Part shown: positions 36,908 to 50,464 of the stretch, piece by piece
Layout: each line of letters starts with the position of its first letter
How positions within the stretch are numbered: the first letter of the stretch is position 1
Assembly (NCBI GenBank): GCA_043228905.1
Contig: JBHGNT010000001.1
Location: 22,878,001-22,942,000 of the forward strand
Reading direction: 5' to 3'
Length of the DNA: 64,000 bases
From: Azolla caroliniana
Taxonomy: Eukaryota; Plantae; Polypodiophyta
Notes under the pieces: generated by a model
Database searches by the model: none
What the model was told of the DNA's origin: nothing
What the model saw: the letters and a program-made list of their open reading frames with translations, nothing else
Position numbers and translations under genes: made by a program

Positions 36908-39900
36908 TGTAAAGAATAGCGTGCAGAAGCAATAGAAAACTGAACACAGAAAATACGCAGGTTTAATGGAGAGCTTGAATATACACAATACGCGCGGGAG
37001 AGAGAGAGAGACAAATAGACAGACAGAGAGAGCACACAAAACTCAATTCAAAAATAATACCCAGTCTGTACATCTTATGTGTTCAGTGAACACTTATATA
37101 TAAGTCCATACGGACTGACAAAAGTACGGTGTACTTCAATGCTCACACAAGCGTCAGACACTAACTATGAGACATTAACTTCCTAGTAGTCTAGGCTGCT
37201 ACTAGGCTTCCAGTTACTAATGGATCCGGCTAACCGGCTCCCCAGCTCACCGATCCGGCTCAGGCTTATTCAGCCGATCCGGATCCGGTTGAGCTTGTCG
37301 CTCAACAATTTTGTTCTCATAAAAAGCAATCCGGCTCATCCTTCCGGATGCCGATTCGGCTCAGACTTATTCAACCAATCTAGATCCGGTTGAGCTTGCC
37401 CCTCAACACTCCCCCTCAAGCTCAACTTGAGGTCAGATCATAGTGTCAGTCTCCATGGCAGCCGGTCCTTTCACCCGGCTCCTTCTGGCGTCACTCCGCC
37501 TCGCTAACGCTCCTCATCCGGTCCGGTCCCGTTTGCCGCAACCCTTTTGTTTCTGTGCACCTCGACCTCCTCGGTAGGCTTGTCTGTTCAATAGTCCCAA
37601 TTCAACTCCATCGCTGTTGTAACTTCGGTGCTTACCGATTCGTCGATTCCTTTGTGTTGGTGTTGACTTTCACTGCCTTCTCGTCCTCTTGGCTTTGAAT
37701 TGATCCAGTTCTTCCGAATACGTCTGTTGACCCAAATTGATTGTCTCCGATTCATTCCAGATCTTGTCCGAATCGATCGCTCCCGATTCATCTTCTGGTT
37801 CTAGACCCTTCACCACATTGGACCATGTCCGAGTCTTGGCCTTCTTCTTCTAGTGAGCTCTATCCTGTTTGACTCTGCCACCGCTTGTTCCGACTTGTTC
37901 AGATGTGTCAACTTCCTTTGTTGACTCTGTCCTTTCTTCTTCTTGTCTCTCCCTCTGTTGGTTCTTCCCTCACCAGCGCAATCGACAATTTCTTTGCCTT
38001 TGCCCGTTCTTCCCGTCAAGTGTGGCACATCGAGATGCTGAACACCAAGCATTTCGGAGAAGTGCTACAACTTATCCGATCCGAGCGGTTTGGTGAAGAT
38101 CTCGGCAACTTGCCGATCCGTATGAACATACCAAAGTTCGACTTCACCGCTCAAGACACGCTCACGCACGAAGTGGTAGTGCACTTCTATGTGCTTTGTG
38201 CGAGCATGGAATACGGGGTTCTTGGCAAGCTGCATGCTGCTTATGTTGTCACAGTAGATCAAGATCAGGGTCGGCACCTCGATCCACAGATCTTGCAGCA
38301 GTCGCCGAAGCCAAATGGCTTCACAGGTGGCAACGATAACGCCCCGGTATTCAATCTCAGTGCTCGAAAGGGCCATTGTTGGCTGCTTTTTGTTGTTTCA
38401 CGCAACAGTTGCGCTACCAAGGGAAAACGTATTGCCGGAGGTGGATCAACAATCTAATGCATCGTTGGCCCAGTCAGCATCGGTATAGTTGACTAGCTCT
38501 TCGGTTATACTATGCCGGTATAACAGTCCCCGGTCCTTCGTGCCGCTTACATATCGTAAAATTCGATGCGCGCACAAAAGGTGCTCCACAGTTGCCTTCT
38601 GCATATATTGGTTGATCACGCCGACCGGATAACTAATGTCGGGTTGGGTGATTGTCAAATATATAAGGCTTCTGACGATTTGTCGGAACTGCTTCTCATC
38701 GCAGGCCGGTTCGGAGTCAGGATGGAGCTTCTGGTTCTGGTCTAGGGGTGTGGAGATCGGGCGACATTCCGTCATGCCAAACTTGTACAACATATTCAAC
38801 ACATAGTGTCTTTGTGAGAGCAATATGCCGTCAGGGGGTTTGGATCACCTTGATCCCAAGGAAATAGTGAAGGTCCCCCAGGTCATTCATCTCAAATGCG
38901 TCCAACATCTGGGACTTCACTCAGCTGTTTTCATCGAGTCTGGGTCACGTGATGACTAGATCATCAACATACAACAAGATGCAAATTGGACCATCCAGAC
39001 CTTGCCGGATGAACCACAACGAATCAGACTTGGTGGCCGCAAACCCCATCTTACGCAACTGGTGCGTGATCTTGGCATTCCAAGCTCGGGGGGCTTGCTT
39101 CAGGCCATAAAGTGACTTCTTTTGCCGGCATACCGCCGACTTGTTCATCCCCGACTCGAAACTGGGACGTTGGGTCATAAAGACCTCTTCTTCAAGATCG
39201 CCTTAAAGAAATGCATTCTTCACGTCCATCTGGTGAAGGTGCCACCCTCTTGCCGTAGCAACTGCCAGTACCACACGAACTGTCGTCATCTTCGCTATCG
39301 GAGCAAAGGTCTCGTCGTAGTCGATTCAGTGGGTTTGTGTGTATCCCTTCGCCAATAACCGGGCCTTGTATCGGTTAACCAAACCATCGTCATTGTACTT
39401 TACCTTGTACACCCACTTACATCTGATCGGTTTACAGTGTCGGGGAGGCAATTAGGTCACATGTGTCGTTGGCATGAAATGCTCGCATTTCTTCCTCCAT
39501 AGTGGCATGCCAATTTGCATCCCTTGCTGCTTCTACGTAGCTCTCCGGCTCACGCACTTCCGCCACCTTGGTCATGTACGCATAGTGATGCGTCATGTAC
39601 TCGGTGTACCCGTAGCGCTTGACGGGGTTCTTCTTGCGGGAAGACCGGCGTAACTTATCGTTACCCGATTTAAGGCCCTTCTTCGCCGGTTTGGACTTCG
39701 TTCCCGAAGATACGCCTTCTTCCTTACCGGAGTCGGATTTGCTCCAATCTGACTCAACGTTGCAGGTTTCGTATTCCGGCATTTTCTTCTTCTCCTTCTC
39801 TTTACGCGTGAACCGTCTCCTCAATTCCTTGCGCGGGGAGAGCACGACAGAGTCTCCATTACTCGCCAGTTCCTCATCCGACTGGTAATCCCGACTCAGC

Positions 39901-42771
39901 CGCTCATTCGGTCCACTTAGCCGAAATGAGATCAGACTCTCTTCTAGAGTGCCGAGGTCTTCATCTTCTATCTGGATTGGTTCTAGACTCATCCTCCGGT
40001 ATCGGAATGGGGTCGAAAGTTGGCGCTGGTAAGGCATACCATGATGCCGTCTCATCAAACTCAACATCCCGGCTAACTCATACCTGCTTCGTCCGGGGGT
40101 TATAACACTTATACCCCTTTCGCTCATGCGAGTAACAGACCAGGATGCATTTCTCCGACTTTGCATCCAACTTCCTCCGCTTCTCATCTGGCACATGCAC
40201 ATATGCAATGCTACCGAATATATGAAGGTGTCTCAAATTTGGCTTGCATCTGAAATACAGCTCATGCGTGGACACCTTGTCACCGATCCGGTTTTGGATA
40301 TAGACGACTGTCCGGACCGCCTCGGCCCAGTAGAAATGGGGCATGCTCTTCTCCTCTAGCATTGCCCTTGCCGCATTGACAATCGACCGGTCTTCCTTTC
40401 GGCCACACTGTTTTGCTCTAGTGTGTATCTGCAGCTGAACTCTCTGCGAATTCCTTTTTGTTGCAGATAACTGTTGAATTGGCCGGAAAAATACTCTTTT
40501 CCGCCATCCGACCGTAGGAACTTGATCTTCCTCTCCATTTCCCGTTCAACCAGGCTTTGTAGGTTCCAAAACCACTCGAAGACTTCGCTCTTCCGCTTAA
40601 TGAGCTAGATCCATGTGTGCCGGTTGTAGTTGTCGATGAAGGAGACGAAATACCGACTCCCACCAAGACTAACGTTCTGTGTCGGTCCCCATACATCCGA
40701 ATGAATAAGGTCGAGCTTGTTACGACTACGGTTTCTTTCGGTGGGGAATGGAAGCCGGTGTTGCTTCCCAAGTTGGCAGGCTTCACATATTTGGGCCTTC
40801 CGGCCACTAAACTTTGGCAAACCAAAAACAACATGTTTCGTTTGCAGGTCTTGAAGCAGTTAGTAATTGACGTGGCCAATTCGCTTGTGCCAGAGATCAA
40901 TATCCGATTCAATCTTCTGTCCTTTGGCGAACAAAGCGGTGCCGACGTCATTGGTGTCGAGGATGAACATGCTCCCTTCTCTGCCCTTGCGCAATAATCT
41001 GGCCCTCTTCCTCGATGAAGCACCCAAGGTGCGTAAACGGCACCTGCATCCCCTAGTCAACGATATGACCGACTAATACCAGGTTCTTCGTGATAGTCAG
41101 AACGTGTAATATGTTCATCAGCTTCCCCCTCTGTCCGACGTGGCTCAAAGGGACTTCTCCGATATGCACGATTGGGTGAGGAGTGTCGTCTCCGGTTTCG
41201 ACGACTCCTGGTTGTTCTGGTTTCTCCAAAAAGGAGAACCACTCTTTGTGGCTCGTCATGTGATTCGACGCACCGGAATCAACATACCACACTTCCTCCA
41301 ATTCGGAAGTGGTCTTCTTCATCGAGTTAGCCTCGTGTTTCAACACCAAGACTGGCCCTTTACCGGCTTTTCCGGTTTTGGATCCTCCTGATCCTTCTGT
41401 GTAGTGCGAGTATTCCCGGTTCTCTCTACCGGCTTTGCCGGATCTGGATCTATCCGTATCGGCATGCTTCTTCTAGCACTCTCTTTCTCTGTGACCCTTT
41501 TTACCATAGTACCAGCATTCCGTGTCGGCCTTTGCTTGCCGGCCTCCGGCACCGCCTTGACTCCCCTTGCTTGTGCAGGGTCCGGAACTGATGTTGGCAT
41601 GTTCTCTATGCCTTCGGTCCGGCTCTGGTTGGCTGCTACCACTGCGAGCCGACCCGCCTCGTCCACCACACCCACGGGGCCGATCCGCCTCCGTTTACAG
41701 CATCTGGTTTTCAGTGGGTGCACTTGTTGACGCACCGACGTGGTTCTCCTCCACAAGGAACATCGATTGTAAGTCGAAAAATGACGTTAGTCCCCAAGAC
41801 AGATTTGCACACAGCAGTTCGGAACGCTCCGAACTTTGACGCTAGTCCCCCAAGACAGTTTTGCACCATATCGGCTTCTTCGATATTCACATCAATGGAG
41901 GCCAGAGAGTCGCAAATATCCTTGATTTTGTAGGTGTAGTCTGCCACCGTCAAGTCGCATTGTCGTAGGTTGCTCAGCTCCTATCGAAGTTGAAGCTTCC
42001 TGGCTGTACTGCTTGCGGTGAAAATCTTCTTCAGATTTCCCCAAGCATCTTTTGGCGTTTTTGCATCCCGAATGTAGCTTAGGAGTTGTTCACCCACACA
42101 AGACGCGAAGCAGTACAGTACTCTGCTCGCCGATTGTTCCCACACCGGGAAATCTCTGTGTGTCGATTCAAGTGCTGTGTCATTTGCTCTATCGACATAG
42201 CTCCAGTAACTGTGCCCGAGCAGGTACTGGTGCATCTTGTAGGACCAAGACACGTAGTTGTTTCTGTGGAGCTTCTCGGAAGGAAGCGAGCTAGCCATGC
42301 CTCTATCCATTTTGTTTTTCCTGTTCTTCTTGGTTGGTTTTCTTTTCAAGCTATGCTGGCTAAAGAGGTTTTCTTGCGCTCTAATACCATGTAAAGAATA
42401 GCGTGCGGAAGCAATAGAAAACCGAACACAGAAAATACGCAGGTTTAATGGAGAGCTTGAATATACACAGTATGCGGGAGAGAGAGAGAGAGAGAGCACA
42501 CAAAACTCAATTCAAAAATAATACTTAGTCTATATATCGTATGTGTTCAGTGAACACTTTTATACAAGTTCATACGGACTGACAGAAGTACGATGTACTT
42601 CAATGCTCACACAAGCGTCTGACACTAACTATGAGACATTAACTTCCTAGTAGTCTAGGCTGCTACTAGGCTTCCGGTTACTGATGGATCCGGCTAACCG
42701 GCTCCCCAGCTCACCGATCCAGCTCAGGCTTATTCAGCCGATCCAGATCCGGTTGAGCTTGTCGCTCAACA
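36908..42771 (-). mobile_element. Full-length decayed Ty1/copia (here called family B/C)
   Basis: 5' LTR at 42390-42771, PBS TGGTATTAGAGCGC, 3' LTR region at 36908-37408, PPT GAGCTTGAGGGGGAG. TSD is CTTTT/ATTTT (1 mismatch). Fragments of gag, PR, INT, RT and RH. Confidence 0.93.
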
Positions 42772-44394
42772 ATTTTGTTCTCATAAAAAGCATCACTACT
42801 TCTGACCACAGTACATGTGTAATGGTCCCATAAATGATATCCAAATTGTCCATCAACTCCATAACCAAGGAATATACATTTTCTGCATTTATAGTTCAAT
42901 TTCTTTCTTAGTTGTTTTGGAATGTGGACATACGCTTCACATCCAAAAACTCTAAGATGAGCATAATGCAGTGTCTTGCCTGTCCACAACTCTTGTGCCA
43001 CTTTTAGACCTATGGTTGTGTTCAGTGATAAATTAATCACATGGGCTATTATTAAAAGAACTTCTGCCCAGAAACCTTACAAGAGGTTTGCATGGTGTAG
43101 CATAGAGACAACTTTGTCCTAGATGGTTCTATTCATCCTCTCAACCACACCATTCTGGACAGGGGTGTAAGGAGCTGTAAACTCTCTTTGAATGCCTCTC
43201 GACTTACAAAAGTCACCAAATTCATGAGAGGTATACTCACCTCCATTGTCCGAACATAAAGCCTTAAGCTTTATGTCCTTTTCCAACTCAACCAAACCAA
43301 GTCATTTTCTAAAAGTAGGGTATACATCATCCTTTCCTATTGAGAGAGCAAGCTCAACCGGATCCGGATCGGCTGAATAAGCCAGAGCCGGTTTGGTATC
43401 CGGATCGGATTGAAACCGGTAGGCCGTTAGAGGCCTACGGATCTAGCCTAGCACATAGGCATAGTTTTGGGAGTCAGTGTCAGTTGCTCATATGAGCATT
43501 AAAGTACCTGTCAGTCCTTTATGGACTTGTATAAAAGTCTCTCTGAGCACATTCTATGTACACAGAGGATTATTATTTTTCAATTGATTTTATGTTCTAC
43601 TCTCTCTCGGTCTCTCCCGTGTATTCTCTATGTAAGGTCTCCATTAAACCTTCTTCTTTACGTCCTCTTGGTATCCGGGTGAGTCGGTTTGTCATACACT
43701 TCCACATATTAACTTTAACATGGTATTAGAGCGCAAGGGTTGAGACTCGTCAGCAGCTGACAGACGCTCTCGAAGATAAACCCTAACACCTGGTGAAGAA
43801 TAGAAGAGAACCAAGATGGACAAAGGTATGGCAAGTTCGCTTCCACAGAAAAGCTCAACCGGAGCAACTATGCATCTTGGTCATATAAATGCACAAATAC
43901 CTACTAGAGCATGGTTACACACAAGGCCTTCTTGGCATCTTTGAACACCATATAAAATGCATCTTGGAACAATGTAGCGCCGGAGTCGGCACACAAGGCC
44001 TACCTGGCATAGGAACAAGGGGCGAGAAGAGTGTAGTACTGCCTCGCATCCTATGTGCACGATCAGATGCTCGGCTACATCAAGGATGCAAAAACGTCAA
44101 AGAAGGCTTGGGAAAATCTTCGGAAGATTCTCGCCACGAGTACCATAGCCCATAAGTTGCAGCTCTGGCAAGAGTTGAACAACATCCGACAGAGAGATAT
44201 GTCGGTTATGGAGTAAACCACCAAAATAAAGGAGATTTGTGACGCGCTCGGGTCCATCAATGTGACGGTGGACGAAGAAGAAATGGTACAAATCTGCCTT
44301 GGTGGTCTAGCACAATAGTACGGGCAATCCGGACGGTGATCTACACTTGGAGCAAGCCACCGTCCTTCTTCGACCGGAAAAATCCGTCAATATG

Positions 44395-45579
44395 TGCGGA
44401 TCATGAGGCAGAACCACCGGGGTTATGGACTGGAAGGAATTAAGGCTCACACGCTTAGCACAGCAAGATTTACACATGAGACAAGTAGGTAAAAGAAAAT
44501 ATTCGTTTATTGCAAAAGAAAATGGATTCTTTATAATTCTAGAATTATGTTACAACGGATTGGATATGAATGTGAAAGATCATTCTTGAAAGAAAGGAGC
44601 CAACAACCATGTAAGGAGTGGTCCGATATGAATATGAGAGATTATTCTTGGAAGAAAAGAGCCCACTACCATGTAACGAGTGGTTCGATATGAATATGAG
44701 AGATTATTCTTCCCCAAGGAATGGGAGAGAGAAGAAGAGAATGGGAAAGGAAAAAAACTAGAGAAAAAAAATGGAACATATACGGAGTTCCTTGTTGATC
44801 ATAGCCTCCCATGTTCCTTTGCTTGGCCTCCATTTTTAGTTGCTTGGCCTTTATTTTTAGGTGCATGGCCTCCTTTTTTAGTTGCTTCGCCTTTACTTTT
44901 AGTAGCATGGCCTCCTTTCTTAGTTGCTTGACCTTTACTTTTAGTTGCATGCGACCGTTCGTATAATTCGGCCACATGATCCACAATCATCCATAAAGTT
45001 CAGCCCGTGCATATTCCGTACGTGCATCGCAACCAAACCGTAGACGCGTCCGCCCGCGCAAGTCCCGACCCCGCAGTGTATCTAGGCACCCGCGCTTCCC
45101 GACCACACAGTGTACGCACCTGCGCACGAGCACATCCCGACCACGCAGTGTATGCATCCGCGCACTCGTCCGCACACACACGTGTCCCGACCGTGCCGTG
45201 TAGGCATCCGCGCACTCGTCCGAACACACGCGCATCCCGACTGTGCCGTGTACGCATCCGCGCACGCGCCCACACACACGCGCGCCCCCGACCACGCAAT
45301 GTATGGATCCGCGCGTGTGTCCTGACCGTGTCGTACACCGTGACCCAAAATTCATTTGAGTCATTCATCCACACAATTTAGCCCAAGTCACCTTGAACAT
45401 GTGCTTCACACATAGACATAAACTAATAGGTTCTAGCTTTTCTTATATAATATGGGATCCAATGTTGTCCTATCTATGTGGGATATCTCACAGTTTTGTT
45501 TTTGCCAATCTTCTCAAACTTTACACTCACATAACTTGATTTCATTACTTTTATTATCGTGTGTAAAAAATAATACAAC
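44395..45579 (-). mobile_element. LTR-like unit (44395-44985) plus adjacent GC-rich internal sequence of an unclassified element
   Basis: 19-bp imperfect terminal inverted repeat TG(C/T)GGATCATG(A/T)GGC(A/C)GAA; 21/42-bp repeats at 44815-44950; CGCATCCCGACC-type tandem repeats at 45005-45345. No TSD. Confidence 0.55.
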
Positions 45580-48086
45580 AACGAGCCATGAAGAGTAGTT
45601 CTCATTTTTAGAGAAACTGAAACAACCGGGGATCGTTGAAACCGGGGACAACACCCCTCACCCGATTGTGCACATCGGAGAAGTCCCTTTAACTCCTCTT
45701 GGACAAAAGGGAAAGTTGATGAACATACTTCACGTTCCGACAATCACAAAGAACCTGGTATCGGTCGGCCAAATCGTCGAGTAGGGAATGCAGGTGCGGT
45801 TTATGCACCTCAGGTGCTTCATCGAGGAAGAAGGCCGGATAATTGGGCAAGGTTGCAGAGACGGAAGGATGTTCATCTTCGACACCAATGACGTCGGCAC
45901 CGCCTTGTTTGCCAAAGGATAGAAGGCTAAATCGGACAACGATCTTTAGCACAAGTGGATCGACCACATCAACTAAAGGAGGCTTCAAGACCTGGAATCG
46001 AAATAGGTAGTTCTCGGATTGCCAAAATTCAGTGGCTGGAAGGGCCAAATATGTGAAACTTGCCAACTCGGGAAGCAACACTGGCTTTCATTCCCGACTA
46101 AACAAAACCGGAGCTGTAACAAGCTCGACTTAATCCATTCGGATGTATGGGGACCGACACAGAATGTTAGTCTTGGCGGGGATCAGTATTTCGTCTCCTT
46201 CATCGACGACTACAGCTGGCACACATGGATCTACCTCATTGAGAGGAAAAGTGAAGTCTTCGACCGTTTCCGGAATCTACAAAGCCTAGTCGAGAGGGAA
46301 GCAAAAAGAAAGATCAACTGCTTGTGATCGGATGGCGGAAAAGAATACTTTTCCGGCCAATTCAACAGTTATCTGCAGCAAAAAGGAATTTGGAGAGAAT
46401 TCAGGTGCCGATACACACCGGAACAAAACGGTGTGGCTGAGAGGAAGAACCGGTCGATTGTCGACGCGGCAAGGGCAATGCTAGAGGAGAAAAACATGCC
46501 CAGTTCTACTGGGCTGAGGCAGTCCGGGCGGCCGTCTACATCCAAAACCGGATCGGAGATAAGGTGTTAGCACATGAGCTATATTTTGGGCGGAAGCCGA
46601 GTTTGAGACACCTTCCGATATTCGGTAGCATAGCATATGTGCATATACCGGATGAGAAGTGCATACTTGTCGGAAGTCGAAGAAGTGCATACTTTCTGGC
46701 TAGTCACATGAACAAAAGGGGTATAAAGTGTTATAACCCCCGAACTAAACAGGTTCGAGTAAGTCAAGTTTGATGAGTCGGCATCATGGTACTCTCTAAC
46801 GACTCCAACTCCCAACGAAGACCCGATTCTGGAGGATGAGGCTAGTGAACCCGGAGAGGTTCAGGTACAAGACGAAGAATTCGGTACTCTAGATGAGAAT
46901 CCGGAAAGGCCCAGACAGTCCGGTTTGTATTCTACTATAATGTAGATGATTTAGTCATCACCGGACCCGGACTTGATGAAATCTGCCGAGTGAAGTCCCA
47001 GTTGTCGGATGCATTTGAAATGAAGGACTTGGGGGACGTTCATTATTTTCTTGGGATCGAGGTGATCCGGACCCCCGACAACATATTGCTCTCACAACGC
47101 CATTATGTGTTGAATATGTTGTACAAGTTCGGCATGACGGAATGTTGTCCGATCTCCACACCCCTAGACCGGAACCTAAAGCTACGTCCCAACTCCAGAC
47201 CGGCCTGTAATGAGAAACGGTTCCAACAAATTGTCGAAAGCCTTATCTACTTGACAATCACTTGAAACGACATCAGTTATCCGATCGGAGTGATAAGCCA
47301 ATTTATGCAAAGGCCGACCCTGGAGCACCTTCAGTGCGCGCATCAACTATTGTGATATGTGAGCGACACGAAGGACAGGGGACTGGTATACCGACAAGGT
47401 ATAGTTGCGACACTAGTAAGATATACCAATGCCAACTGGGCTGGTGATGCATCGGATTGCCGATCCACCTTTGGTTACATGTTCTCTCTTGGTAGCACGG
47501 CTATTGCATGGAGCAGCAAAAAGCAGCCAATAGTGGCTCTGTCAAGCACTGAGACTGAATACCGGGGCGCTACCATTACCATCTGTGAAGCCATCTGGCT
47601 TTGGTGATTACTACGAGACCTTCGGATCAACGTGCCGACCCCGATCCTAATCTTCGGCGACAATGTAAGCCATATACAGCTCGCCAAGAACCCTATACTC
47701 CATGCTCGGACAAAGCACATACAAGTGCATTATCACTTTGTTCGTGAGCGGGTCGTGAGCTGCGAAGTTGAACTTCGATATGTTCATACGGTGTCATGCC
47801 TTTCGGCGCCGAATCGTTGCGTGAGTCAGGTGGGAACCGTCGAGGTTTTCGACTAGGAGGAGGAAGAATTTGAGGCTAATCTAGTTATGAGTAGATTATA
47901 AGAAAGAGATATAGAATCTTGTGAATCCCACAACTGTATTGTATTAGATGTTTTTTTTTATTTAGATAAAAATATGAATTTAGATTGAAAGAGAAAAATA
48001 TAGAAACCTCATGAATCCCATGAGAATAGTTTATTAATCGATACTTAGAAACATATCCAATTTCCAAATATTTTCACCCCCCTAAT

Positions 48087-48125
<39 letters not shown>

Positions 48126-50464
48126 TTTCCCCCTTATTACATTGTGCTCCACATCCTTATATAGTGATGAGAGAGTCTTAGCAATCCATGGTTTTTCTCT
48201 AACTATGGACTCCATGCTTTCTCAATCAATAGACTATATGCTTTCTCTAACATGCATTTTCTAAAAGTGATCATGCATTTTTTATGAACTATAGTGTTCA
48301 TGCACACTAGATGTGCATGTGTAGCTTTTTCTTTTATCATGCATTTTCTTCTAACTAAAGCTTTTTCCTACAAAATATGCGTCAGATAGTTTTCTATGTG
48401 GGATATCTTCAAATTATTAACATGGTGGTACAAGGTTCAAATCTTGCCCTATGCATGTAATATATATTTTAATATTTCCTATCTTTTTCTTCATATTTAT
48501 TGAATCGGGTACTTTATACGTTTTTCACGTAGTGTACAAAATACACTACGACACTCACCCCCTCCGAACCCGCACATCCTCCGGTATGTGCCGAAATTGC
48601 CAGTGCTCATAATTCTCCTTTACCCATAGCATCCTCCATTTCTCTTGGTATGTCGACTTTGTCTCTCCATTTTGAGCACATCCATTCTTTCCACCCAAAC
48701 CATTGTCACCATCCGATCCACCATATTCTTCGTTCACTCTTTGCATGGCCATGACTGGTTGTCATAACTCGTTGTGTTCTTCTTGAGCTTAACCCTTCAT
48801 GTCTCGTGCATGTGCCACCTTCATTCTGACTGTGTCCTTCGTCAAGGCACTCCGCACTTCGTCCACCTTCATCGTACAATCTCGCATTAGAGTTGACAAT
48901 CTTCATGTTAGAGTCCTCCTTTGTCGAGATCTCATACTCACTAACACCCTTTAAATCCACTTGGTCCTTGTCGACCGTGGTAGTGTGCCTGCTTCGTGTC
49001 TTCCTCGTGTTCACTGGCCTCGATTGTTTCGACCTCTAGCTTCATTCCGGATCGGTCTCGTCTGATCGGCTTTCGGCTAGGTCAACTTCCATCCGTATTC
49101 GCGTTCGGCCAAATCGGACTCGGTTGATCGGTTTTGACCGAGTCGGGCCCCTTCCGGTTCGGGTTCGATCGATCGGTTTTGGTTTGGGTTGGCTTCCTTT
49201 TCCTCGTGTTCATCGGCCTGACCGGTTCTACCTCCGGTTGAGCCGGATTAACTTCTGTCCGGATCTGTCTGCTCCGATCGGCTTCCGGCTAGAACGATTT
49301 CTAGCCGGGTCGGGCTGGACCGATCGACTTATGGCCGAATCCACTTCCACCTGGTTCAGCTTTCATTTAGGCCGGAATTCCGGCCGGATCGACTTTCAAT
49401 TCTTCCTTTCTTACTACGCTTTAACTCTTCATCGAACTCTACCTCACCGAAACCTTCCATCTCTCTGGTCTCATGTTGGCTCTTGTGCACATCTGTCAAA
49501 GTCTTCGGAATAGGATTGGAGGAATCCCTATGTTATTGATCAATCATAACCGCGTCGTAGTCATCACTCGCATTGGCTTGGTCTTCCACTTTCCCGCTGC
49601 CACCTTTCGTCTCTCCGGTCTCATGTTCCCTCTAGAATGCAACCCCCGAAGTCTCTAGAATTAGTGGGCAAGAATCCGTGGCATTATCATCCTTTGTTGT
49701 TTTTTCCATAGCCACCTTATCGGCTATCTCTCTGTCGTATGCATCGGCTTGGACCTTCCTTTTCTCTCCGCCATCTTCTGTCTCTTTATCTCCCTCGATC
49801 ATGCAAGCATCCACCTCAGTCAATCACATCCGCCTCACTCTTTATGCTTTTTCTAAAAGTGATCATGCATTTTCTATGAACTATAGTGTTCATGCACGCT
49901 AGATGTGCATGTGTAGCTTTTTCTTTTATCATGTGTTTTCTTCTGACTAAAGCTTTTTCCTAGAAAATATACGTCAGATAGCTTCCTATGTGGGATATCT
50001 TCAAATTATTAACATGGTGGTACAAGGTTCAAATCTTGCCCTATGTGTCAGGAACAGTACTAAGACAGAGAAGGACTTAGTACTAAAAGAAGTATTAGTA
50101 CTAAGAGAGGTGAAGAACTCTCGAGAGAAGGAAAGAGTGAGTGAGAGGGAGGGAGAGAGAGATCGAGAGAGAGAGAGAGAGTGATGATAAGAAAAGATAT
50201 ATATTATGTGAAGAAAATGTACAGTAACTAGGGGGCTTAAGACTGGCGTTGAACCGATTTGGTTCGAAATAATGCCTTGTGCCTCCTTTTATAGTGTTCT
50301 AAGGAATACTCCTAAAGTTTCTAGAATGTTCCAGAGAAATCTGGAATATACATCAATTTTCTATAATAAAACATAAATGAAAATAATATTCTACATATTA
50401 CAATGTATAATCTAATGGTCAAGAGCTCGACCCATGTAGCATAAGGTCATGGGTTCGAGTCTTG

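Noticed and set aside
44987-45381. Several overlapping 70-125-aa ORFs on both strands
   Set aside because: They arise from a stop-poor GC-rich tandem repeat.
48555-49014. Duplicated host gene (identical ORFs also at 55810-56479)
   Set aside because: These are low-complexity ORFs without a recognisable domain, inside a local repeat duplication.
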